DNA from: Atractiella rhizophila
Lineage: Eukaryota
Length of the DNA: 52,535 nt
Direction of reading: 5' to 3'
NCBI GenBank assembly: GCA_021432655.1
Contig: MU271342.1
Span: 33,629 to 86,163, forward strand
Below are positions 12,312-25,245 of the stretch, one piece after another; position 1 is the first letter of the stretch; the number at the start of each line of letters is the position of its first letter. Made by a program: the position numbers and the translations under genes. Below the pieces are notes generated by a model that was given only the letters and a program-made list of their open reading frames with translations, had not been told where the DNA came from and did no database searches.

Positions 12312-13170
12312 GAGGACCTACAACACCTTCATCGTTCAGTGTTTCTCCCAATAGGCATTGTGGCAACGGTCTAGCTTTACTTCGTAAAACGGAATCATGA
12401 CGGAGCCAGCGAGCGAAGCTACAAGTGGTTCGAGGACTGGCCTGAACTGCCTTCCTTTGCTTCTCCCTTATTTCATTCTTCGAAGGCGATACGACCAGCT
12501 GAGTAGAGAGAGCCTTTTTCTCTTATAACAAGGAGAATGATATCTTTCAAGACAATCCACAATCTTTTGCTAGTCAGCTGATAGAGATTTGACTTGACTA
12601 CTGGTGATGAAAGTGGTTGTGCACGTTGGCATAATTCAGCGTGAACGAGATAATAAAGGACAAAAAGACAAGAAGGAGACCATGGTGTCATTGGGCGGCA
12701 TTGTGCAACTGCCCAACTGGACAGAGATATTAAGATCTAGTTATTTTTATCGATGGGCTATTGCAACGATGGGAAACTCGAGCACCAATCTCATCCAGTG
12801 ATAGCTTGTGGTCCTTTTTGCTCTACCATGCACCATCCTCGGCGCGGTCTTACCGCTCTGTTTCACCACTCTGTAGACATTTGACCTCACGCTATTTGGC
12901 CTCGGAAACCGCTTTCATGTTTCCGATATTGTCGTTTAATTCTGAGCTTGTCATGGTCTCTATTCCTATATACTCTGGTCAGAAATGGCAAAGGAATGTG
13001 ATTACCACAGTCCCATCTGGACGGAGAGACACCAGCTTGAAATGTAGAAGCCTTGGAATGTTGTTATTATCATTGTCTCAAGCAGCTAGGCTATGGAACG
13101 TGACCATTATACGAGGACACTGTCTGGAAATATATCCAAAACCTCTCCTCCTTGAAAGGCAGTCAGCTTT

Positions 13171-14345
13171 TTAGTGTTTCCTCAGCCAGTCAACCTGGTA
13201 CGAAAGTAGGATAAGTGACCTGCAAAGTTGTCGATTGATGATCAGAAACTCACTGCGGCAAAGAATGCCCCTTCTTTCGCTGCCTTTTCGATAGGATTGG
13301 ACTTTTTTGTTTATTATGAGCAATAGGATGGCAGTATAACAGAGACTTACGAGATTTGCGCGAACTGCAAAGCCGTGAGCTACACCTTTGAAGAAGGTTC
13401 TGTTGTAACCAGGTTTGTACTTCCCATCGCCCATTAAACTGTCTACCAAGGCTTGGCTGGTGAGATTGAACGCGTTGTCCAACTCAGCACTGTCCATTCA
13501 AACCATGACATCAGCCACTTCACGATTCACAGCCTGAAAGAGCGGAAGGCCGCAAAACAGACCTGTTAATTTGGATAGGCACTTTTGACTTTTCGAGGAG
13601 CGTGTTGAAATCGTCTGGCAAAACGAGAGCGCTTGGATGTGCCATTGTGGACACTTTGATATCGTTTCGTTGGGCCAGTCTGACAGCATATTTGCCTGCA
13701 TGGGAAGATGAGGACAAAAGATACCACTGGCGGCATTTATTCGAGGACATGACTAACCTCCAAAGCAGTATCCTGTCGTTAGGAATCGGTTATATCCCTT
13801 CTGCTTGAGGCCTTCAATCAGATTAAGGACGACAGGGAGGGTCACGGCTTCGGTATGGTTTGCTGACCAGGCTGTCAAGTTGAACTGAGCGTAGGAGACT
13901 TGCGTCACTCCCCGTACAATTCAGGAACAAAATAAGGGCGACGGACGTTGGGATCGTTTAGGCCGTCTGCAGGAACAGCGTCTCCATTGAGGTAATCTGG
14001 CACAAAGGTATCCCAGCCGTAGTTGGCAAAGTCGTCCGCAAGTAACTTGTTGTTTACGAGTGGGAGTCCAAAGATGTCAGTGAGCAAAATGAGTGCTTCC
14101 GTCTTAGGAAACCATCCTTTGGATTTCGCAACGTAGGTTGGAACTCCGTTGATTGTCTTGATCGTTCCTATCCAGAAACTGGATTGTCCAACATGGACGC
14201 AGAGAAAGTACAGGAAACAAACCATTTGCGTGCCTTCAAATGTCACTCCTTTCTTGCAGTCTTCAGTGAAAGGGATCGTAAAACCACGCGGAAGCAGTGC
14301 AGCGGAAGTAGAGAGCGCGAGGGACAAGACAGTAGCCACCTTCAT
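13171..14345 (-). CDS. Dienelactone hydrolase family alpha/beta hydrolase with predicted signal peptide
   Basis: Motifs LTDIFGL, NNKLLADDFA, PDYLNGD, nucleophile GYCFGG (~13757-13773), AHPS and catalytic His in GVAHGFAVR; several short introns; ends VDWLRKH*. Confidence 0.9.
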
Positions 14346-16265
14346 CCTGGATTTTAACTTGCAGGAATGACAATGTCGAAGAGGTTGCTGGCCATGAGCT
14401 CTTTAAATGGCCATCGATGTTGCAATCCGGCCAGGATCAAAATGCCGGTCCCTCTTGCCTTAGCGCTGTCGTGGCAAGAATGAAGTGGGACAACGCGCCA
14501 TGTGTACACGCGTTGAGCTTCTTGAGCTTACTGAGCAAGTGGACTGACTTCCCGGAGGCAGGAGCGGCGTCACCGCAGCGGGGAAAACTTCCGGAGTGTC
14601 TATCGGGAGGTGCAAAGGATGTTCAAAACGCATCAAAGTCGGTGAAGCACTGATTCTGCAGACAGAGCGGAGGACGCAGACATTCCCGCATACCTTACTT
14701 TTCAATCACGCGTACTGACTGGACTCATCATCTCCACTATTGCTGCTCTAATTCCGGGCTATCGTCCTGTCCTAGGTAGGCCCTAGACAAGAAGGAAGAA
14801 GGAAGCGGAAAGTATTTCGGCCTTAAAGGCATCGACTGAGCAAGTCTAGAAAGATTTGTACTTGAATCTTCGACTGTTGCTTACTTATTTCGCCGAAATG
14901 AGAATTGAAAAGGAGTTCGTCATTTCTGTACATTTTCTGATCGGATAAAGCAAAGTGCCAATTGGCCAACTTTTGCATCCAAATAATAGGGGACGGCGTT
15001 CCTTCGTACTCACTCTCAGCGTGGAGGATGATAGACTTTTTTATGATCAGAGATTGAAGTGGACGCTTCCTGAACGCTATAGAGACTTAGGGGACAGGAG
15101 TTTTGAAAGCAACAAGGTGGAGAAGTCAATTATTTCTAACTTGTACATTGGCAACCATGAGAAAATGTGTGAGATAAGAACCAAACACCCTTCTTTAAAA
15201 CAGAAAGCTTTCCTAACGATTGTAAGACTAGATGGAAGGTTTCAAAGGAATGCGAGACAGTCACAAGCAGTGTAGATCAATCAGGATGATGAATTGACGG
15301 TATACAACAGAAGAAAACAGCAAAGTGCACCTTAGAACCCCTTCAGAGTGCATAAGTCGGGATAACACACCGTATGGAGAGATTCATCACATCTGGTTTC
15401 ATCCAAATTTCAGCCCCACAGCTCGCCGGATCCGTGAGAACATTGGGCTTGAATTTGAAAACCACAGATAAGGTTTGATAACTTTCTTCAAGGAGTATCC
15501 TAACAACCTTTCTTGCAGTTGGTACAGGATTCATTAACAACCGCTTTCATTCTCACCAACCGCACGAACAAGGGCATTAAGGTATACATTATAAGGGCAG
15601 CCAGTCAAATTTGAAAGGAACAAGCGTCTGGAACGTACCGTACTTTCGGCGGATTTCGGTGGATAAGACGGGATAAGGAGTTGTGGCGTTGGTCAGCAGG
15701 AATCTAAGCTTGTAACGTCCATAGGTGAGTACCTTCTCGCATAAACGTAGATGGTAGCGGCGGTTTTGCAGATTCTGAAGTGCATCGGTTATGTACAGTT
15801 GTGTGCATGCGAGATCAAGTTGATGTATTATCACTTCTGCCCTAGTCTTGCATCTGTCTTTGATATCTTAATGGTTGTTTTATCATAATAAAGGCTGGAT
15901 GCAAGCTGTTGAACGCCCCTGGTCTGTTTGGATTAGTGTGGCGACCTGAATTCCCAAAAACCTTTCCCGAGAGTACCATTGCATTGAAGCGGCTGCAAGC
16001 CGATGGCAGTTGTAAACAGCTTGCTTTGGATGGACTGGTAATGTGAAGGATGTGACGAGTTTGTGAATATTGGAGCAACGTTATACCCTCGAGTTTCACG
16101 CTGCTTGCCGCTTCGCTTGGGATGCTACGTGCTCCCTTTCTGACATGCTCCCTTTCAGTCATAATTTAATTACAGAAGTGATCGGATCCCGAACTCAACG
16201 CTGGATGGAATCCGCATTTTAAGCGAGCAGCAGTCGCTAACACCTCTTGTCTACAGGGAGTCAAG

Positions 16266-19200
16266 ATGTCTCATCCACCGCCATTTGTTTCCGCCTCTGT
16301 AAAAGGCAAAGAACGCGAGGGTACACTCCCATCCCCTCACCCTACCTTCCCTCTCCACCTTCCCTCCTCTTCCCGCCCTAGCGCCAATGCTTCATCATCC
16401 TCGGGCACACGCTCCAACCTAGTCCTCGTTACATCCACGATCTCTCCTCCTACCCCTGCTCCGAGTCCACGACCTCACGATCCACGACGTTCCGCAGTGG
16501 GGCTGGCTGCTTCCATTCTGCCGTGGATGGACCTTCCCAATAGCCCGACATCTGAAGCTGGGGATGGGGAAAAGCAACTTGGTCATAACAGTGTAAATGG
16601 ACACAGGGAAACGGATTTCTCGACCTCTCCCGCATCCTTCATTACCACTCTTCTTAATCTACCTCGCGCAGAACTCCATCTCTTCCTCAGGGACCTTCTC
16701 AATGCTCTCCCTCCTACCGATTTGCATATGCTCTCGCAGCTACTCTCTCCGCTCCTCAAACGTGATTTCATCCGCGACCTGCCTCCGGAACTTGGGCTTC
16801 GAATCCTCCATTTTGTATCAGAAGATCCACGATCTCTCGCAAGGTGCGCACTTGTGAGTAGGTCTTGGCGAAACATTGTAACGGATGATGAGATTTGGAG
16901 AGTCATGTGTCGGCGCCGGGGCTTCGAAGGGGAAGCTGTGAGGAGCCCAGTTGGGTCCAGTGATAACTTGGATGAGCTGGATGTGGATTCGGAGACCACG
17001 ACGAGCGATGGAGAGAGAGAGGTGTTGGAAATGGAGATGGGAATGGGAATTGGAATGAGCGGCATGGGAATCGTGCCCGAGTTCGGGATAAGTAGCAGTT
17101 CTCTCACCCAGTTCTCCCAAGTTACAGACGCGACATCGAACACAATGCAATCGGAACGTTCCGAGGGCGATGCCAGTGCTAGCGCCAGTGAGAGCGATGA
17201 CAGAGGGATGGAGAGGAGTGGAAGCTTGGGGAGCAGCGCGGCTGGTACAGATGATGATTCGATTTTCTCTAGGAGTGAGGAGGAATCCGAAGACGAATAT
17301 TATAAACGTTTGAGGGAAGGGAGGAGGAGACAGAGGTCTGGAACAGAGAGATTGAGGGATGATAATGGAACGGATGCGGTCAGGACACCTCGAGCTGTGG
17401 GAGGGGAAGAACTGAGGGCTGGCGAGGAAGGACAAAAAATGCCGTGGGTTCAGAGAGATGGGATAGATGATGGAAGTGTGAATGGAGCCAGGGGATCCAC
17501 AGAACCAGTCGCTTCCGCCTCCACCAGCAGCTTGCGCCGCCCTCGGCAGCGATCAGAAGGCTCGGATTCCACCGCAGAGGAGAGTCTCATTGCTTCGAAA
17601 GTTCTTAGGGGAACGAGCCCAACCCCGTCCAAGAGTCCAAGAAATCAACCTTCTCCATACCCTCGAAAGCCACGCACCAAGTCTCTTTCCATACACAAGG
17701 CAGTTTCTCAACCCGACATTTACGAACTTGCAAACGCCAATGGCTCTACTTCACTCGTTTCTGAGACCGGACGGAAATTGGCGAAACCTCGCGGATATTC
17801 TGCCTCATCATCGAAGACACATTTACCCTTCACTTACAAATCTCACTTCAAGCGTGCCTACCTCACGGAGTCCGCTTGGCTCAGAGGTCCCGATCGCCTC
17901 ATCACCACGCAAGTTGCGTCGGATGATGCCGTCGTAACTACACTGAGCTACGACGATGACTGGATCGCAGTGGGGATGACAAGCAGCCAAATTCATATTT
18001 TCAGTGCTGTAACAGGCCAATATGTGCGCAGTCTACAGGGCCACGAACAAGGTGTTTGGTGCCTTACCCTCGTCAGCGGAAGTGGTAGGACAGCGCGCAA
18101 GGCAGAAGCAGCGACGTCTTGGTCGACAATGAAGCGGTCTAGTTCTCGATCACCTCTATCGAGAAGTGAGCATTCAGATTCGGAAGCATCCTCAGAACTC
18201 GAACCTGAACAGGTAGAAATGGCCTGGCATTCATCTGATATCCGTCACAGCGCATCTGCCGGCCCTTCCTCGCCTTCTGATACTCCTGAAGTTGCTGAAT
18301 TACGTTCGAGAGGTGGGAGGCGACCATCGTCGTTTCATGCTTACGACCGCGAAAGGAATGTTAGGCCGATTGTTTCTGCTGCTGGTGGAATGGGCATTGG
18401 TGCTGGTGGACCAACCGGGTTCTCGCCTCAACAGAGTGCAGTGTGCGGGATAGCGAGGGGATGGGGGCAGAAGAACGCATTGCTTGTATCGAGCGGGTGT
18501 GATAGGGATGTGCGGGTTTGGGATGTTAATACTGGGTTCGTCTCTTCACTTATGAGATTTCGGTGGCCGAATCTTACCTGCGTTGATCTGTAGTGCTTGC
18601 AAACACATCCTTCGCGGTCACACTTCGACGGTGAGATGCTTGAAGGTTCTTGATGGGCGACCAATCGCAGTCTCCGGATCGAGGGATACAACGATGCGGG
18701 TTTGGGATATTGAGAAAGGCGAATGCAAAAAGGTCCTTATTGGACATGAGCATGCCATCCGCGCAATCGATGCTTGGGGGAATCAAATCGTCAGCGCCAG
18801 CTATGATTGCACTGCCCGCTTGTGGGACCTTGACACTGGCAAATGTGAGCTGTTCTTTATCTTCCGACTGTTATAATAAACAGTGGACGTGAGGCATCCT
18901 CGTATATCGCGGTCACTTTCATCAAATATACTCCGTTGCATTTGATGGAACCCATATCGCCACCGGAAGCTTAGATTCCACCGTTCGGATATGGTCACCA
19001 AATTCAGCGTTAGCCGCCTTCTCCTTCATACTTATTAATCTAACACGATTTAATGACAGGGAATGTTTGGCCGTTTTACAAGGACACACTTCTCTCGTCG
19101 GCCAGTTATATCTCAGTCCGGAGGCTCTGGTCACAGCAGGTTCCGACGGCCGTGTCATTGTCTTCTCTCTCTCCACCTTCCAGACCCTTCACCGGATCTG

Positions 19201-19441
19201 CGCACACGACAATTCCGTCACCTGTCTGCAGTACGACTCGCGCTTCATTGTAACAGGAGGGAATGACGGGAAAGTCAAGCTTTTTGATCTCAAGACTGGA
19301 GCATTCATCAGAGAGTTGTTGGATGAAGGTCGGGATGGTGCAATTTGGAAAGTCGCCTTCAGGGACGACAAGTATGTGGTTGTCAGCAGGAGAGAGGGGA
19401 AGACGGTCCTCGATGTGAGAAGCTTTCGACCTTTAGAATGA
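16266..19441 (+). CDS. F-box/WD40-repeat protein (Cdc4/Fbw7-like SCF substrate receptor)
   Basis: F-box DFIRDLPPELGLRILHFV..LARCALVSRSWRNIVTDDEIW; WD40 repeats GHEQGVW, GHTSTVRC, SGSRDTTMRVWD, ASYDCTARLWD, TGSLDSTVRIW and GGNDGKVKLFD; introns in the 3' part. Confidence 0.9.
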
Positions 19442-20438
19442 GGATAAGCGGCGCAGTGGAGTGGATGGACCAAGAAGTGTTGTGCTTTTACTTTTTTGGT
19501 TGATCGTCGTTCGTTAGGGAAGTTACGTTTCATTCTGAATGCCTTATAGACATTCTGATCTTTTGCAACAATAATCAACGTCGTTTCATTCCACGTTTCA
19601 TATTCTCCTCCAGTCAAAGCAGATCCGGAACTCTGACACCTTCCAGGCCGATTCTTCCTCCAACGCCGTGACCACCGTTGCTGGCCAACGGTCTTGGTGC
19701 TGAGTGTGATGATTAATTTTCGGGGAGGCAGAAGGTGACTAGTGAAAGTCCGGCGGAGGCTATCTGTGGTGTCCAGACTGGAAAGTCTTATTCCGTTGGA
19801 AGAGAGTCTTCGTGCCAGGATGCAGGATGATGAAAGAGAACATACAGTATCCCCATCACACCGATCACCATTTCCTTCCCAGGGCCTAAGCGCCTGGAGA
19901 CGCCCAGTAATCACGCGTGGGCGGGCAGGATGAGCCGTGAGAGCTGGACGTGGTCCAGATAAATCGTCATAACCGGCCGATGGGCGAAGCGAGCTGACGC
20001 GCTGGTGCTCCGAAAGAGTCACAATGATGCACTGTTTCAGCAAGGCTCCAGCAGATGTTGGCTCACATGCTTCGTGCACTCAATTTCTAAATCGATGTGA
20101 ACTAATCTCGGACCTCTCATCTTTGCTGCACGATAATGAAGCTGGATCGACGGCCCGCTTTTGATCACGTCGAGAAGAAGGCGTTGCATGTTCAAACATT
20201 CAAGATTATTGACATCTACCTCCTGGACGCAATGAGGCGTGCGGAGGAACATGTGGTTATGCTAGATCGATATTGAAAACGTCAGCAAGCAGCCCCGCAT
20301 GTTTAGCATCAGGCTTCTTCCTTCGTGTCGCATTGGTTGGGGAGGTAATTCTAGCGAATGCTGTAGTGGTAATAAAAGCAACATGCCATACCTGTTTCGC
20401 TCCTACATCGCGCTCTTCGTTAACGTGTCAGATCCTTC

Positions 20439-23305
20439 ATGAACGCTATGAACCGCTTGTCCTTGCTCGCGCTCACGATTGTGCACCTCGCCAAGGCACT
20501 TCCCCAATTTCAGACGCCTGTTGCAACTGACGGAATCATCCCTTCCCTCTCAGACTATACCCCACCGACAGCGAGCTCTGCATCATTCCCAGAGCCTACA
20601 GGGAACCCGTATTCTCAGGATAGGTTGGATGCTCGTACGCGTTTGTCCTCGTGTGAAGAGGCAGTGATAAATTCGCGATGTGCAGTGTGGGACGCGGTTG
20701 AAGGCGCTGGTATCCCGGTTGAAGTGCATCCCATAAACAGCGTCCAGCCTGTCAAGGACTTCGAAGTCCCAGATACTCCCACTCTTCCAACCTCTCTGCA
20801 TGATCATGCACCGAAGGATCTGAAGTTCCCGAAGGGTACGCTCTCTGTTTACATCTTCAGGATTGACGCTAAAGAACATCACTGTAGACTTCCTTGTAAG
20901 CTTGAGCTGATGATCAAATACGTTTCTTCATGATGCTTCCTACAGTTTGGCGTCGCAAGTGCGGCTCAACAAGTCGAGGGAGCTGTGAAGGCGGAAGGGC
21001 GAGGACCTTCTCACGTGTGTGACAATATCTTGTTTTGATTCGAACTGACGCTTCCTGCAGTGGGACTATCTTTGCCATGTCTACGTGAGCTGGATGTTCC
21101 TCCAACTTCACCAAACTCAAGGGTTGGGCAGCCTTCCGCTTGTACCAACTATACGTCAGATGTAACTGACCTTCAATACTACCTTTACAAACAAGACATT
21201 GCTAGGATCAAGGTACAACTGCCGTGGTTTCCCAAACAAGAACCGCCGAAGCCTTCTTGACAGGCTATGGGCGTAAATGCTTACTCCTTTAGCATCAGGT
21301 TAGCATGATGCACGAATTGTCTTTGTCCTAATCCTGGGTCCAGCTGGAGTCGTGTCTTCCCATTCGGTAAAAAGGATAGCCCCCTCAATGAAGCAGGGCT
21401 GCAGTACTACGAAAACTTGGTCGACGAGCTGTTAGCCAATGGTATCAAACCCGTCGGTATGTTTCCCACCATCCACACTAGTAGTTGTTGACGTACAGAC
21501 AAGCTACGTTGTTCCATTGGGTGAGATTCTCTTTCCCAATGCTTATCGTCGTCAAGTCCTGAAGCTCGTTAATTAGGATACACCTTTGAATCTTGTTTTC
21601 GAGTATGCCCTTCCTGTTAGAAATACCAGTATTTGATAGGCGATCAGATATGGTGGCTTCATCAACAACAACGGAACGGTCGTAGAGGATTTTACTGCTT
21701 ATGCTGAGGCTGTTTTCAAGCGATTGGGCAACAAGGCTCGTTGATTTGATGTTCAATATTGTGCGACCAAGTGACAAAGACTGCAGGTTACCACTTGGTT
21801 CACTTTCAACGAACCAAGGTGAGGGGCATGGTGTTCGCATGGATAGGGAATGTTAACCTTTTTCTAGAGTCTACTGCTCGATGTATGGCGGTCCTCCATT
21901 CAGTCAAACCTCGTACGGCGGCAAGTGGAACTCTACGACAGCACCTTACCCCTGCACTTATAACGTATCGTTGTCTTGCATCTTATTTCGTCGTGACTAA
22001 CAAAGAATTTATGCAGGTGCTGAAAGCTCATGGGCATGCTGTCGCAGCTTACCGACAGCTAGTCAAGGACGGTACGATCAAGGCTGGCGAGATCTCCTTT
22101 AAAAACGATGACTCTCACCGTAATTTATCTTCCGTCCCTTATGAAACTGGCTGACTTCCAACAGCCGTACCTTGGGATTCATCCAACCCTGCTGATCAAG
22201 AGGCTGCTGATGTGAGTTGTTTGCAGCACAGCCAACTCAGTTCTAACATTGCTGGAAAGCGCCACTTCGCTTTCCAAATCGGAATCTTCTCTGAGCCAGT
22301 CTACGCATCTTGCGACTACCCAGGAGTAGTTCTGGACACAATCCCTGCTGATATCTTGCCACGATTAAGCGACGAGGATAAAAAATACATCTGCAAATCT
22401 GCAGACTTCTACGCCATTGATGGATACAGGACGAACGTCGCAAAAGAAGTTCCTGGTGGAATTGACGCCTGTAAGCACAATTTAACGAACCCCGCATGGC
22501 CTATCTGTCAAGACACCTCGAATAATGGCCAATACACTTTGAAGAATGGCTTTTCGCTCGGAACGCCAGCCGACCCCTTCGCTAATTGGTGCGTCACCTG
22601 AAGCCCCAATTCCTCTCGCTCACCCAAGCTTAGGTTATACAACACTGCACCTTTCGTAAGACAGCAATTTAAGAGTCTGAACAGCAGCTTCCCGTCGCCC
22701 AAGATTTACCTAACAGAATTTGGATTCGCCAGGTATGCACATGGCTTTTTCGATTTCATTACTCAGACAATTTGCAGGGAGTTTGAGTACCAGAGACAGG
22801 AATTATACCAGGTTTGTCCTTGCATCTGCAGACTCGAGAGCATGCTCTGACTCTCTGTAGATCACTTGGGATTCAGGTTTGCCTTCTTAGCCTTTCTTAA
22901 CGGAATCAACTTACAGCGAGAGGTAATAGACAGGACTGCTTACTTCAACGATTACTTGACCGAAGTACTTCTTGCTATCCATGAAGATGGTCTCAACATC
23001 GGTGGAACGTGAGCATATTGCATTCAAACCGCTGACCCATTTAACGTAGCCTAATAGTTTCGCTTGGAGCTTGGTCGATAACTTGTAAGAACTTGTCCAT
23101 AATGCTTGAGCTTCGACTGACTTTCTTCTAGCGAATGGAACAGTGGATTGCAGCAAAGATTTGGCCTCGTAAGTTGTCATCCTACACGCAGTGTGAAGTC
23201 TAACGTGCGCGATAGCAATACGTCAATTACAGCTCTCCGACCATCGAACGCCACTACAAGTTGTCTTTCCTTTCTATGAGGGATTTCTTCAAGAATCACC
23301 TCTAA
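20439..23305 (+). CDS. Glycoside hydrolase family 1 (beta-glucosidase-like) with signal peptide, about 21 introns
   Basis: Spliced sequence gives FPKDFLFGVASAAQQVEGA, FSISWSRVFP, TLFHWDTP, WFTFNEP (acid/base Glu), IYLTEFG (nucleophile Glu) and WSLVDNFEW; stop TAA at 23303-23305. Confidence 0.92.
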
Positions 23306-23490
23306 GGTGAAAAGTAGCTGTTGTCATGTAGATCAACGTAAACGTAAACCCAATTCGATGTTATTATGCTATTTTACAAGAACGTGGATTGCAACGACAA
23401 ATCTAAATTAGATGTGTGAAACCAAGGAACCGTGTGTTTGCGATTTGCGACAGGCCACCATGATGAATGAATCGACCACCTAACAGCGTT

Positions 23491-25245
23491 CTAGCCATGA
23501 CAGCCTGGCCACTGAAGGTAATACGGAGGATGAATTTGGGATGGTATGGGAGGAGGATGAGGATAGGTTAGGAGGGGAAGAGAAGGAGGATCGGTTGGGA
23601 GGGCGAAGGGTTGGCGGGGGTACATAGGAGCTGGTGGATGTGGATAGTATGCTCCGTAACATGGTAGGGAAATGTGGGCCAGCGGAGGGTGAGGTGTATT
23701 CGGATCTAGTAACCCAGGTTGATAGGGCTCCAATGGATGTGGTTGTTGATACGCCAGAAAGTAGTTAGGAGTCGTCTCCAACTGGCATGGTGGCGGTGGC
23801 GCGTATTCTCTGAATAATTTGATATTGTTTCTGATCCGCTATGACATGGCAAAGATGCCGGCGATGACGGTTGATACTCATGAGACACACCCACGTGTTC
23901 ATGCAGCGAACCAATGGGTGGAGCATACGATGTGGGCGATAGTGGCGTATGTCGAGATGGCTCCATAACAGACGGTGCAGAGGACCTATGCCATCCGCGT
24001 TTCCCATGACGTCCTCTCTGAAAAGGTCTACCACACATGCCCCTTCTGCGTCTCGAACCAGTGCACCCGCGTTTAGAATTGTTTCTACTAGTCAGGGACC
24101 TCGACGTATCAACATCCGGATCAGCGAGAGACAGGTCCCTCTTCAACGATCTCTTCAGGCTTGAGGTGATGGCTGAAAGTCCTGGTAAAGGTGGCACTTC
24201 CAGTGGAAGAGATGGTTCATTGCTAGCAGAGGGAGAATGAGTGGAGCATGAACGAGGAACTGAAACGTTTTGACGCTTTGCAAACGGTCGTGATGCGTTC
24301 TTCCTCTGGAATGGATCTGACGAAACTGGTTCTTTGAAATCAGGCGCTAGAGGAGAAGATACCTAAGGAAACAATGAAGTCAGTCACCTAACAGAGGAGA
24401 CGGAAAGGATGCACAGGACTAAGATGTAAATCATCAAGCCAACCGTGCCCAGAAGTCCGTTCGCAGGACATCGCTCGAGAGTGAATATTAATCTCCTCTG
24501 CGTTGGGATGAATCGCCTTTGATTCTAGAGGAGGCCTAAAGGCTCCCTTGTTGGATGGCGAAGGTAACCTAGGATCCACCCTAGGATCTTTCGTCCTCAG
24601 TGTCGAAGTGTGAAGTGACTCAGGAAGTGACACTGAATTTCGCGTGACAGGTCCATCAAAGAGAGGGTAAAGTCGGCGCGGAGCAACAGCGGCATTAGAC
24701 ACTGGAGGGGCTTCTGCTAAACTCTTCCACGTTTCATGAAACCAACTGAGAGCAAGTGAACTTCCACAGAAAGGTTTCTTGTTCAAAGTACGTATTGCTT
24801 CTGAAGCGCGTTGTTCCGATCGGAATGTAACTAGAGCTTTCCCAAGGCTCTGGCCTGACCTCTCATCTCTTGAAAGACTGATGGATGAAATGTGTTCCTG
24901 GTAGCTGGAGAATAAAACGGTTAGCACTTCCTCGTCAACGTGAGTCGTCAATCCTTCGACAACCACTTTGAAGTGAGACGTCGTATCTTCCGTCGAGGTA
25001 GCTGGCTTTACAGGAAAATGTACTATGAGAGGGATGCCAAAAATCTTGAGATTGTTGAGAGCTCGTACGGCCGTTTCTGCTGATTCAGGTTTTTTGAACT
25101 GGACTTCTCCGTATTTCGTTCTTTCTCCCTCTTTGTGCGGGAAAAACCTAATTCTGTTGACGGCGCCAGCAGAAGCTTCGAAGATCTTCTTCAGTTGGGA
25201 AACAGTGGCATCGATGACAAGATTATCCACGATAACTGTGGACAT
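23491..25245 (-). CDS. RNA-binding protein with two RRM domains and a Pro/Tyr-rich tail (3' exons and start uncertain)
   Basis: RRM1 VIVDNL..KYGEVQF..AVRALNN; RRM2 VVVEGL..SLGKALVTF..AIRTLN; downstream low-complexity exons probably end in the P/Y-rich ORF that stops at 23491. Confidence 0.7.

Noticed and set aside
14900..16200. Possible gene between the DLH and F-box genes
   Set aside because: Short ORFs on both strands with no recognisable motif or consistent splice model.
19189..20079. 296-aa minus-strand ORF overlapping the end of the F-box gene
   Set aside because: Partly antisense to a real exon, with no motif or coding-like composition.
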